Part shown: positions 33,794-42,232 of the stretch, piece after piece | Position numbering within the stretch: position 1 is the stretch's first letter | Layout of the letters: each line of letters opens with the position of its first letter | Assembly: GCA_963667465.2 (NCBI GenBank) | Contig: CAXXDN010000002.1 | Span: 1,184,001-1,248,000, forward strand | DNA from: Dehalococcoidia bacterium | Lineage (GTDB): Bacteria; Chloroflexota; Dehalococcoidia; UBA2979 | Direction of reading: 5' to 3' | Length of the DNA: 64,000 nt | The notes under the pieces: generated by a model | The model's input: the letters and a program-made list of their open reading frames with translations, nothing else | The model's database searches: none | Told to the model about the DNA's origin: nothing | Position numbers and translations under genes: made by a program

Positions 33794-33814
33794 GTGCTAT
33801 CATCATGATAGCAC
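33794..33814 (+). promoter_or_regulatory. Palindromic TA operator GTGCTATCAT-C-ATGATAGCAC
   Basis: Perfect 10-bp inverted repeat 17 bp upstream of the antitoxin start. Confidence 0.8.
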
Positions 33815-33831
33815 TATCAGGGGAGCCAACA

Positions 33832-34101
33832 ATGGCGACGGTGAACGTACGACGCCTTGACGATGCAGTCGTCCAGCGGCTCAAGGAGCGGGCGGCCGCG
33901 AACGACCGCTCGCTGGAAGCCGAACTGCGGGACATCCTCGAACGTGTCGCGGCCGAGGATGACTACCGGGCGAGGAAGCAGGCGTTCCTCGACGAGTCGG
34001 ACAGGCTGCGCGCCTTGACTGCCGGCAGACACCACACGCCCGCGGAGGAGCTGATTCGGGAAGCGCGCGACCGCGGGTACGACCGTGGGCTTACCACGTG
34101 A
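33832..34101 (+). CDS. FitA/VapB-like ribbon-helix-helix antitoxin
   Basis: MATVNVRRLDDAVVQRLKERAAANDRSLEAELRDIL ... ELIREARD. Confidence 0.88.
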   Translation: MATVNVRRLDDAVVQRLKERAAANDRSLEAELRDILERVAAEDDYRARKQAFLDESDRLRALTAGRHHTPAEELIREARDRGYDRGLTT

Positions 34102-34526
34102 CGCGAGTGGTGGTGGACGCCAACATCGCCGTCAAGTGGCTGGTGGATGAAGGACAACGGCAGGAGGCCATGCGCTTGCTGCACGACGAGTCCGAGTTGA
34201 ACGCACCACGCGTCATGGCGACCGAAGTCGCCAACGCCCTCTGGCAGAAAGTGGAGCGAGGCGAGATCGGGACCACAGCGGCAGGCGTCCTCGCGGACTC
34301 TGTTCAGCGACTGCCCCTTTACTGGGCGAACGACGAGCAGATCATTGCCGACGCGGTGCGTATCGCCATCGAGTTGGACCATGCAGCGTACGACTGCATC
34401 TACCTCGCGCTCGCGCACCGCCTCGGCGCTCGTGTGGTGACTGCTGACATGAGGTTCATGCGCCGCGTCGCGCCTACGGCGCACGGAGGCGCCATCGTCG
34501 GTCTCGCCGACTACGCCGCCGAGTAG
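34098..34526 (+). CDS. vapC: VapC/FitB PIN-domain toxin
   Basis: VVDANIAVKW, EVANALW, YDCIYLALA, VTAD; GTGA overlap with the antitoxin. Confidence 0.9.
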   Translation: MTRVVVDANIAVKWLVDEGQRQEAMRLLHDESELNAPRVMATEVANALWQKVERGEIGTTAAGVLADSVQRLPLYWANDEQIIADAVRIAIELDHAAYDCIYLALAHRLGARVVTADMRFMRRVAPTAHGGAIVGLADYAAE

Positions 34527-34539
34527 CCCGACTCGCCGC

Positions 34540-35655
34540 CTACGCCCCCACCCGGTCCAGGATCGTCGCGACGTCGATGTACTCGTCGGCAAGGGCGCGC
34601 ATCTCCACCGAAGTGCTGCCGCTGAAGGCGACGACCTCGACGCGGACGCCCTGGCTCTGCAGCAACTCGACGGCGCGCGCGAAGTCCGCGTCGCCGGAGA
34701 CGATCGAGACCACGTCGAGGCGCTCCGCCATCGTCACCATGTCGAGCGCCATCTCGACGTCGAAGTTGCCCTTCACCGAGCCGTCCTGGAAGCGCTTCAT
34801 CGGCTTCGTCACGATCCGGTAGTCGTGGCGCACGAACGGCTCGACGAAGCGCTGGCGCTCCACCGGCTCCGCGGGGTCGTCCGAGACCGGCGAGTAGGCC
34901 GTCGCGCGGATCAACTCGCGGCCCTCGCTGAGGTAGGCGAGCAGCTTGCCCATGTGCACGGTCGCGCCGTCCGGTGCGCCCTCGCCGCGCTCCGCCCCGT
35001 AGATCAGGTTCGGCACGTCGACGAAGACGCCGAGGCGCAGCCGCCGCACGGCGCGCTCCTGGGTCTCGAGCAGCGCGTCGAGCGCCTGCGACTGAGTCGC
35101 CAGTGCCTCGCGCAGCGCGCGCACCTCCTCGGCGAGGGCGTCCGCCCCCGAGGCGTCGGCGCTGCTCTTCGCGCTCGACTTGCGCGTGCTCGCGCGCCGG
35201 CGGGCGGGCGCCTTCTTCTCGGTCTCGGTCTCGGCCTCCACCTCCGCCTCCGCCTTCGCGGGCTCGGTCTCAGGCGCGGGCCCGGCTTCCTCGGTCGCGG
35301 CGGCAGCGCGGCGGCGGCGCGGGGCTCGCTTCTTCGGCTCGGCCTCCGCTTCGGCGGGCGCCTCGGCTTCCGCCTTCGCGGGCTCCGGCGCGGCTTCCTC
35401 GGCCGCGGCCGCACGGCGCCGGCGCGGCGCGCGCTTCGGCGTGGCCTTCGCCTCGGTCTCGGCGGGCGGCGAGGACTCGGCGTCCGCCTCGCTCTTCGAC
35501 GGGCGGGCCGGCCGCCGGCCTGCAATCCGCGGATCGTTCAGCGTGTCGCCGCTCTCGGGCGTCTCGGCGGCGCGCGATCGGCCCCGGCCTCCACGTGTGC
35601 CACGGCGGCGCGTGCCCTCGCCCGAGGCCGGAGTGTCCGCGCGATCGGCGGTCAT
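34540..35655 (-). CDS. NYN (LabA/DUF88) domain protein with a long Arg/Ala/Glu-rich N-terminal extension
   Basis: VFVDVPNL, KGNFDVEMALD, SGDADF, ADEYID; ~170-aa low-complexity N-terminus plus coiled coil. Confidence 0.88.
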   Translation of the reverse strand: MTADRADTPASGEGTRRRGTRGGRGRSRAAETPESGDTLNDPRIAGRRPARPSKSEADAESSPPAETEAKATPKRAPRRRRAAAAEEAAPEPAKAEAEAPAEAEAEPKKRAPRRRRAAAATEEAGPAPETEPAKAEAEVEAETETEKKAPARRRASTRKSSAKSSADASGADALAEEVRALREALATQSQALDALLETQERAVRRLRLGVFVDVPNLIYGAERGEGAPDGATVHMGKLLAYLSEGRELIRATAYSPVSDDPAEPVERQRFVEPFVRHDYRIVTKPMKRFQDGSVKGNFDVEMALDMVTMAERLDVVSIVSGDADFARAVELLQSQGVRVEVVAFSGSTSVEMRALADEYIDVATILDRVGA

Positions 35656-36692
35656 GCCGCCACCCCCGCGTCACCGGCGTATTGCAGCACGGAGCAGCGG
35701 GCCGCGACCTGCTCCGCGAGCTCCACGAAGGCCTGCGCCTCCTCCGAGTCCGGGGCGGCCGCGACCAGCGGGGTGCCCTCGTCGCCGGCCTTGCGCACCG
35801 CCGCCGCGAGCGGCAGTTCTCCGAGGAACTCCACGCCAAGCTCGTCGGCGGCCTCGCGCGCTCCGCCGCGGCCAAAGATGTCAGAGGTCATGTTCTCCAC
35901 GATTCCGAAGATGGGGACGCCGAGCCTGTCGAACATCCCGATCGCCTTCGTTGCGTCCTCGATCGCCACCTGCTGTGGCGTGGAGACGATTACGACGCCG
36001 GCCACCGGCGCCTGCTGCGCCAGCGACATCGAGGCGTCCGAGGTGCCCGGCGGCAGGTCGACGATGAGATAGTCGAGCTCCCCCCAGTCGATGTCGTGCA
36101 CCAGCTGGCGCACGCCCGAGCCGATCATCGGTCCGCGCCAGACCACCGGGGTGCCCTTCGGCAGCACGAACCCGATCGAGGCGGCGCGCACGCCGTGGGC
36201 CTCGATGGTGTGCATCCCCTGCTGGCCCTCGGCCAGGCCACCCTGCTCGATGCCGAGCATGGTCGGGATGTTCGGGCCGGTGATGTCGGCGTCGACGATG
36301 CCGACCTCCGCCCCGAGCCGGGCGAGGGCGACGGCGAGGTTCGTCGCCACCGTGGATTTGCCGACGCCTCCCTTGTTGGAGGCGACCGCGATCAGGTTCT
36401 TGACGCCGACGACCGGCTCCGGGCCGCCCTCGCGGAGTGCCTGTCCGCGCACCTCCGCATCCCACTCGATCTCGACCGCGTCGATGCCGGGAATGGCGTC
36501 GAGGGCGGCGCGCACGTCCACGTCGATCTGCTCGCGCAGCGGGCAGGCCGGGGTGGTGAGCACCAGGCGGAAGGAGGCGGTCGAGCCCTCGACGGCGACA
36601 TCGTGCACCATGTTGAGCGACACCAGGTCGCGATGCAGCTCGGGATCGCGAACCTCGGAGAGAGCGGCAAGTACAGCCTCGGCAGTCGTCAC
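35652..36692 (-). CDS. mrp: Mrp/NBP35-family P-loop ATPase with DUF59 domain, lacking the CxxC motif
   Basis: DPELHRDLV, TTPACP, KGGVGKST, DADITGP, WRGPM, DLPPGT, VENMTSDIFG. Confidence 0.92.
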   Translation of the reverse strand: MTTAEAVLAALSEVRDPELHRDLVSLNMVHDVAVEGSTASFRLVLTTPACPLREQIDVDVRAALDAIPGIDAVEIEWDAEVRGQALREGGPEPVVGVKNLIAVASNKGGVGKSTVATNLAVALARLGAEVGIVDADITGPNIPTMLGIEQGGLAEGQQGMHTIEAHGVRAASIGFVLPKGTPVVWRGPMIGSGVRQLVHDIDWGELDYLIVDLPPGTSDASMSLAQQAPVAGVVIVSTPQQVAIEDATKAIGMFDRLGVPIFGIVENMTSDIFGRGGAREAADELGVEFLGELPLAAAVRKAGDEGTPLVAAAPDSEEAQAFVELAEQVAARCSVLQYAGDAGVAA

Positions 36693-36744
36693 GTTATGTC
36701 CTCACGCTGCGAAAATGCTCGCGGATCGGCCAGATTCGTGGGAA

Positions 36745-36945
36745 AATCCCGGGAGTTACTCCAACCTGGAGGGAACCAAATCGCCCTCGGGAGCGTTTCA
36801 TCTCTAGGTACGGAGACTGCGCCATCCAGGATGGACGCGCCAGAAGGGTAGGCAAACGGGATGTTGGGGACACCTTCGAGGACTGTTCCCGGGATCGCGC
36901 TACGCCTCCCCACGGGGTTGGAAGCCCCGCGTTGGGGGCTCTGGC
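36745..36945. ncRNA. Candidate structured RNA / long 5' leader of mrp
   Basis: Nested complementary segments form a ~165-nt interrupted hairpin; alternative pairing present; TATACT on the minus strand near 36949-36954. Confidence 0.4.
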
Positions 36946-37218
36946 CCCAGTATAGCCGCCCGCTCCCGTTGGGGCAGCGGCGCGAGGTGTGATCCTGGCC
37001 GCGCGGCCGGCGAGGCCGGCAGGGCGCGGAGCAAGGGAGGGCTTTATCGGGGTTTTGCAGCATTTTAGTGCACTTAAGGTTGACACCCGGGGCGTCTAGC
37101 CGTAAGGGTATGTCTCTGGTGCGCCGCCTGCACACAGCGAACGCACAACACAGGTAGTCAGGCGTCGGGCGAAGATCTGGGGGGACCAACACCGGCGCCA
37201 CGGGAAGGCAGAAGAACG

Positions 37219-37488
37219 ATGGTTACGGCAGCACAGACCGGGCACGACGTGCAGACCAGCGCGACCCCGCGCATGGCCTGCGTCCACCACTGGGTGATCG
37301 ATTCCCCGAGCGGGCGCGAGAGCGCCGGCGTCTGCAAGCGCTGCGGGCTTACCCGTAACTTCGCGAACGCTACCGAGAACGTGATGTGGGAGCACACGAA
37401 CACCGTGAGCAACTCCCCCGTCAGTACTCTCCGGCACCTCCCCCGGCCGGACCACTCCCTGCTCTCCGACGAGATCGTTCGCGACTGA
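37219..37488 (+). CDS. Small Zn-ribbon-like protein
   Basis: CVHHWVIDSPSGRESAGVCKRCG; TTGACA at 37080; own terminator. Confidence 0.8.
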   Translation: MVTAAQTGHDVQTSATPRMACVHHWVIDSPSGRESAGVCKRCGLTRNFANATENVMWEHTNTVSNSPVSTLRHLPRPDHSLLSDEIVRD

Positions 37489-37514
37489 CCTCGCAACGCA
37501 GGGCTGAGCCAAGG

Positions 37515-37548
37515 CGGCGCCCCCGGGATTCCGGGGGCGCCGTTCTTT
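37515..37548 (+). terminator. Intrinsic terminator
   Basis: 12-bp perfect stem CGGCGCCCCCGG-GATT-CCGGGGGCGCCG followed by TTCTTT. Confidence 0.85.
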
Positions 37549-37630
37549 GTCCCGGCATCCGCCGCGACCACCGCGCTGCCCGCCCGTGCCCGCGGCGGGT
37601 ATCATGAGCAAACCCGGAGCGAGGCGGCGC

Positions 37631-38560
37631 ATGGACCTCAGCCTCACCATCGGCCGCGGCGGCAAGCAGGAGCTGCTGCTCAGGAACCCCGTCCTCACGG
37701 CCTCAGGCACCCTCTCCAACGGCATCGAGTTCGCTCGCCGCTTCGACATCGACGCGCTCGGGGGCGTGATCTCGAAGGGCACGACGCTGCGGCCGCGCCG
37801 CGGCAACCCGCAGCCGCGCACCGTCGAGACAGCCGCCGGGATGATCAACTCGATCGGCTTCCAGAACGTCGGCGTCGGCGCGCTGATCCGCGACCTCGCC
37901 CCCGCCTGGGCGCGCTGGGACACCCCCGTCCTCGTCAACATCATGGGCGACAGCGTGCGCGAGTTCGGCCGGCTCGCCGCGCGCCTCGAGGGCGTCCCTG
38001 GCGTCGCCGGCCTCGAGGTCAACGTCTCCTGCCCCAACGTCGAGGTCGGCGGGATGGAGTTCGGGCAGGACTGCGACCTGACGGCCGCGGTGGTCGCGGA
38101 GGTGCGGCGCAGCACCACGCTGCCCTTCGCCGTGAAGCTCACGCCCAGCGTTGTCGACATCCGCCCCTTCGCCGAGGTCTGCGAGCAGGCCGGCGCCGAC
38201 GCGCTCTCGCTGATCAACACCGTACCCGCCACGGCGATCGACATCGAACGCCGGCGGCCCTCGATCGCCACCATCTTCGGCGGGCTCTCGGGCCCCGCGA
38301 TCAAGCCGATCGCGCTGCGCAGCGTCTACCTCGCCGCCTCCGTCACCGGCCTCCCGATCATCGCCTCGGGCGGAGTGATGAGCGGCCGCGACGCCGTCGA
38401 GTTCCTGATGGCCGGCGCCAGCGCCGTGCAGGTCGGCACCGCTACCTTCACCGACCCGGCCGCGCCCTGGCGCGTGCTCGACGAGCTGCGCGAGTGGTGC
38501 GAGGCTGAGGACGTCGGGCGCCTCGACGAGATCGTCGGCGCGGCGCGGCGGCGCGACTGA
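37631..38560 (+). CDS. pyrD: Dihydroorotate dehydrogenase, class 1B catalytic subunit
   Basis: NPVLTASGT, GNPQPR, NSIGFQN, NVSCPN, KLTP, GGLSG; alternative start 37604. Confidence 0.95.
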   Translation: MDLSLTIGRGGKQELLLRNPVLTASGTLSNGIEFARRFDIDALGGVISKGTTLRPRRGNPQPRTVETAAGMINSIGFQNVGVGALIRDLAPAWARWDTPVLVNIMGDSVREFGRLAARLEGVPGVAGLEVNVSCPNVEVGGMEFGQDCDLTAAVVAEVRRSTTLPFAVKLTPSVVDIRPFAEVCEQAGADALSLINTVPATAIDIERRRPSIATIFGGLSGPAIKPIALRSVYLAASVTGLPIIASGGVMSGRDAVEFLMAGASAVQVGTATFTDPAAPWRVLDELREWCEAEDVGRLDEIVGAARRRD

Positions 38561-38575
38561 GGCGAGGAGGCTGCG

Positions 38576-38785
38576 ATGCGCGGTGTTACAAGCGTGCTTG
38601 GTGGCGCAGTGTGGCTGATCTCCGGAGCCTTCGCGGGCGCGGCCTGGGGCTGGGCCGGCATGCGGGTGCTCTACCGCTTCTTCGACGTCGACAGCGCCGA
38701 GGCCGCCCTCGCGGGCGGCGTAGTCTTCGGCCTGATCGTCGCGCTGGCGCTCTGGGGCCTCGGCTGGCGTGAAGTCCGGGGGTAG
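38576..38785 (+). CDS. Small membrane protein
   Basis: SD GAGGAGG; two hydrophobic helices. Confidence 0.65.
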   Translation: MRGVTSVLGGAVWLISGAFAGAAWGWAGMRVLYRFFDVDSAEAALAGGVVFGLIVALALWGLGWREVRG

Positions 38786-38911
38786 CCCCTGTGCGCGGCA
38801 CCATTCATGCGGTGAGTTGCGAGACCTGACTGACTTGCGCCTGCTGGACGCACCTGCGCCACAGGTCAGCCTCGAAACCCGCGTGCGATCTCATCACCCC
38901 AGCGCCAGCGA

Positions 38912-39217
38912 TCAGTCGAGCGGCATAAGGACTGCGATCAACAGGGCGAGGACGACCTCAAAGCCTCCAGCGAGGACTCCGATGAGCACGATCTCGCTTG
39001 ACCCCGGCATGGACCAGTAGCCTCTGCCATAGAATGGCCAGCCGTGCCCCCAGAGTTTCCTGTACCCCCACCCGAGCGCCACTGCGTAGACGAGAGACGC
39101 CGGCAGCTCCACGTACACGGGCACGGGCGCCTTGGCCAGCACGGCGAACCCACCTACTGCGACAACGAGCAGAAGGCCGAAGCGCAGCAGGTCAGCCGTT
39201 GGTGGCAGGTTCGGCAT
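38912..39217 (-). CDS. Small three-TM membrane protein (possible immunity protein)
   Basis: MPNLPPTADLLRFGLLLVV...; ATG overlaps the TGA of the upstream Cys-rich frame. Confidence 0.6.
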   Translation of the reverse strand: MPNLPPTADLLRFGLLLVVAVGGFAVLAKAPVPVYVELPASLVYAVALGWGYRKLWGHGWPFYGRGYWSMPGSSEIVLIGVLAGGFEVVLALLIAVLMPLD

Positions 39218-39420
39218 CAGCACTCGACGTGGCAGCTGATGACGGTCGTGATCGAGCAAGAAACCTGGCACCAGAATCCTGCGACGGGGTTGAGGATGGT
39301 CACGAGCTTGCAACCCCATTCCCAGCACGTCCGCACCCGGAAAACGATGCAGTCCTCTCACTCAGCTGCACCGCGGGCGCCGAGCCCGGACCACACACCA
39401 TCGGTGACTGTGACAGCAAT
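39217..39420 (-). pseudogene. Disrupted Cys-rich peptide gene (halocin C8-like domain)
   Basis: IAVTVTDGVWSGLGARGAAE*EDCIVFRVRTCWEWGCKLVTILNPVAGFWCQVSCSITTVISCHVEC*. Confidence 0.45.
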
Positions 39421-39856
39421 GCCTCGACCCCTTTGCGAACGTGCGCGACGCAGTGCGGAGGCCCATCAACTGTAAGCCGCTGCTCGCCTCGTAATCCATA
39501 TCAGACGTAATCGTAACCGAGTTCGTCATATGAGGCGCCGCATGGTCAAGTCTGAGCCAGGGGGTGTCTCAGGCGTGGGCTGCGGGAGGCTTCACCCCGC
39601 AGGATGTCGAACCTGGGCGTGCTGGCCTGCCGCGAATCGCGCCGCCAGCGAGTCACCGAGAGGTCGCGCGACCGCGTTGGACGGCAGCAGCGGGTCGATC
39701 TCACGTGGAAGCAGGCCTCGGCTGGCGCGAAGACCGGCATTCGCCGCCTCCCCATCCGTTCGAGGCGTTGACGTGTCCGCGGCGCGGGCCGTAGCGTCGG
39801 ATCGCACCCTCGGGCGCCGGCCGTTGCGTCGGACCGCGCCCTCTGGGCGCGGATCT

Positions 39857-39934
39857 CGGGGTGTAGCTCAGCCAGGGTAGAGCGCTGCGTTTGGGGCGCA
39901 GAGGTCCGCAGTTCGAATCTGCGCACCCCGACCA
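39857..39934 (+). tRNA. tRNA-Pro (TGG)
   Basis: CGGGGTG/CACCCCG acceptor stem, CTGCG-TTTGGGG-CGCAG anticodon arm, CCA. Confidence 0.96.
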
Positions 39935-39990
39935 ACACCGACTCCCAACAGCCGCGAGGCGTCCGCGATAGCGAAGGACCGGCAAACCCC

Positions 39991-40197
39991 ATGCAGGAAA
40001 CGCTCCCACCCTACGTGCTGGTCGTGCGGATCGGCTCGATCCTCGGCATGTCGCTGGCGCTGGCGGTCGGATTGCTGCTGCTGCTCGGCGGGTTCGTTCT
40101 CGCCTCGCTGGTGGCATTCGCCGCGTTCCTGCCCTCGCTCGGCATCATGGTCTACGCGGAGCGCCGGGCCGCCCGCGACCAGGAGAGCGAAGGCTGA
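39991..40197 (+). CDS. Small membrane protein
   Basis: Two TM helices, GC3-biased codons. Confidence 0.65.
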   Translation: MQETLPPYVLVVRIGSILGMSLALAVGLLLLLGGFVLASLVAFAAFLPSLGIMVYAERRAARDQESEG

Positions 40198-40254
40198 TCG
40201 CGGCCGTCGCCGGCCTCGTGCTGCCGTAAGCCCGCGAGCGCCTATCCTGTCGGC

Positions 40255-40518
40255 ATGTACGAACAACAGTCGGGGCCTGAGCCAGGCGGCTGCCGCGACA
40301 CGCTGCTGCTGACGCGCATCGCGTTCAGCGTGCTGATCCCGCCGCTGCTCGCCATCGCCGGCGTGCTCGTGCTCATCCTCGCCGCCTTCCTGCTCTTCAC
40401 CACGCACCCGCTGCTTGGCCTGCTGCCGCTCATCCCGATCGCCGGCGCGCTCGTCTGGATCGCGAGGCGCGATCGAAGGAACGAGCGCGACCGGGACGAC
40501 TCCAACCTGCCCTACTGA
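40255..40518 (+). CDS. Small membrane protein
   Basis: Two TM helices and a charged tail; TATCCT 6 nt upstream. Confidence 0.7.
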   Translation: MYEQQSGPEPGGCRDTLLLTRIAFSVLIPPLLAIAGVLVLILAAFLLFTTHPLLGLLPLIPIAGALVWIARRDRRNERDRDDSNLPY

Positions 40519-40562
40519 GGCAGCGCCGGTCCGATAGCCCCATCCTGCGCTAGACTCTTGGC

Positions 40563-42212
40563 ATGCCGGATCCACGCGTCATCGCCCGTCAGCGCCTGAG
40601 CCGCGAACGCGGCTACGTGCAAAAGGACTGGGGCGGACGCATCCCGATCGTCCTCGTCTACCCCAACTCCTACTACATCGGCATGTCCAACCTCGGGCTG
40701 CAGACCGTCTACTCGCTGTTCAACGCCTACCCGGACTTCGTCTGCGAGCGGGCCTTCGTCGACCCGCCGGAGCGCGGCAAGCGCAACGGCGACGGACCGC
40801 CGCACATCGTCTCCATGGAGTCGCAGCGCCCGCTCGAGGACTTCGCGGTAATCGCCTTCACGCTCTCCTACGAGTATGACTACTTCCACATGGCGCAGGC
40901 GCTGAAGAGCGCGCGGATCCCGCTCTGGGCCTCGCAGCGCGACGGGCGGCACCCGCTCGTGATCGCCGGTGGCGCCTGCATGCTCACCAACCCCGCCGGC
41001 GTCGCGCCGTTCCTCGACGCGGCCGTGATCGGCGAAGGCGAGGAGATCATCCCCTCGCTCGCCGGGGCTTTCGAGGACGGCCTCTACGGCGGCCGCGACG
41101 ACCTGCTCGATGAGCTCGCCGCGCTCCCCGGCGTCTACGTGCCGGAGCGCCCGCCGCTCGGCCCCGTCGAGCGCCAGTGGGTCGAGGACATCGGCGCGAC
41201 CGAGGCCTACTCGACGATCCTCACGGAAGACACCGAGCTCTCCAACATGACGCTGATCGAGTGCGCGCGCGGCTGCGGCCGCGGCTGCCGCTTCTGCATC
41301 GCCGGCTACGTCTTCCGCCCGCCGCGCTACCGCCCGCTCGAGGATCTGCTCGGCGTCGTCGAGCACTCGCTGGAGCACAGCGAGCGCGTCGGGCTGCTCG
41401 GCGCGGCGGTCGCCGACCATCCGGAGCTGCCGGAGCTGGTGACCGGCGCGGGGGAGCTGGGCGCGCGCGTCTCGATCTCCTCGCTGCGCGTCGACAACCT
41501 GCGGCCGGAGGTGCTGCGCGTGCTCGCCGCCGGCGGGACGAAGACGGTCACCGTCGCGCCCGAGGCCGGCTCCGAGCGCATGCGCGAGGCGATCAACAAG
41601 GGCGTCAGCGAGGAGCAGATCCTGCGCGGGGCCGCCCTCGTCGGCGAGGCGGGGCTCACGCGCTTCAAGCTCTACTTCATGATCGGCCTGCCCGGCGAGG
41701 AGGAGGACGACGTGCACGCCCTCGCCCAGCTCGGGAACCGCATCAAGGAACGGCTGGACGCGGCGGGCAACGGCACGCGCCTGGTGCTCTCGGTCAGCCC
41801 GCTGGTGCCGAAGCCGTGGACGGCCTACCAGTACGAGACGCAAATGCCGCCCGCGGTGATCAAGGCGCGCCAGGGCATCCTCAAGCAGCACCTCGCCTCG
41901 GGCATCGAGCTGCGCAGCGACTCACCGCAGACCGCGCGCATCGACGACGTACTCTCGAGGGCGGACGGGCGGCTGGCCGGGCTGCTGGCGGAGCTGCCGG
42001 ACGCCTCGCTGGGCAGCTACAAGCGCGCGATCCGCGAGCACGGCCTGGACGGCGCGCGCCCCTGGGCGGGCGAAGCCCCGCCCTGGCACGTCGTCGACGT
42101 CGGCATGACGGAGCGCTTCCTGCTGCGCGAGATGGACAAGCACGAGCGCGTCCGCCGCACTATCCCCTGCCCCCCGCCCGAGGTGGGCTGCAAGCTCTGC
42201 GGGGTCTGCTGA
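40563..42212 (+). CDS. B12-binding-domain radical SAM protein (TIGR03960-like)
   Basis: YPNSYYIGMSNLG, RGCGRGCRFC, APEAGSERMR.INK, C-terminal C..CKLCGVC. Confidence 0.9.
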   Translation: MPDPRVIARQRLSRERGYVQKDWGGRIPIVLVYPNSYYIGMSNLGLQTVYSLFNAYPDFVCERAFVDPPERGKRNGDGPPHIVSMESQRPLEDFAVIAFTLSYEYDYFHMAQALKSARIPLWASQRDGRHPLVIAGGACMLTNPAGVAPFLDAAVIGEGEEIIPSLAGAFEDGLYGGRDDLLDELAALPGVYVPERPPLGPVERQWVEDIGATEAYSTILTEDTELSNMTLIECARGCGRGCRFCIAGYVFRPPRYRPLEDLLGVVEHSLEHSERVGLLGAAVADHPELPELVTGAGELGARVSISSLRVDNLRPEVLRVLAAGGTKTVTVAPEAGSERMREAINKGVSEEQILRGAALVGEAGLTRFKLYFMIGLPGEEEDDVHALAQLGNRIKERLDAAGNGTRLVLSVSPLVPKPWTAYQYETQMPPAVIKARQGILKQHLASGIELRSDSPQTARIDDVLSRADGRLAGLLAELPDASLGSYKRAIREHGLDGARPWAGEAPPWHVVDVGMTERFLLREMDKHERVRRTIPCPPPEVGCKLCGVC

Positions 42213-42232
42213 GCAGCGCAGCGCGGCGCCCC

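Noticed and set aside
36689-37201. 170-aa and 130-aa minus-strand ORFs upstream of mrp
   Set aside because: No motifs, atypical codon use, and they overlap promoter elements; RNA structure explains the region better
39358-39360. Selenocysteine read-through of the in-frame TGA
   Set aside because: No convincing bSECIS hairpin, and another in-frame stop upstream points to decay
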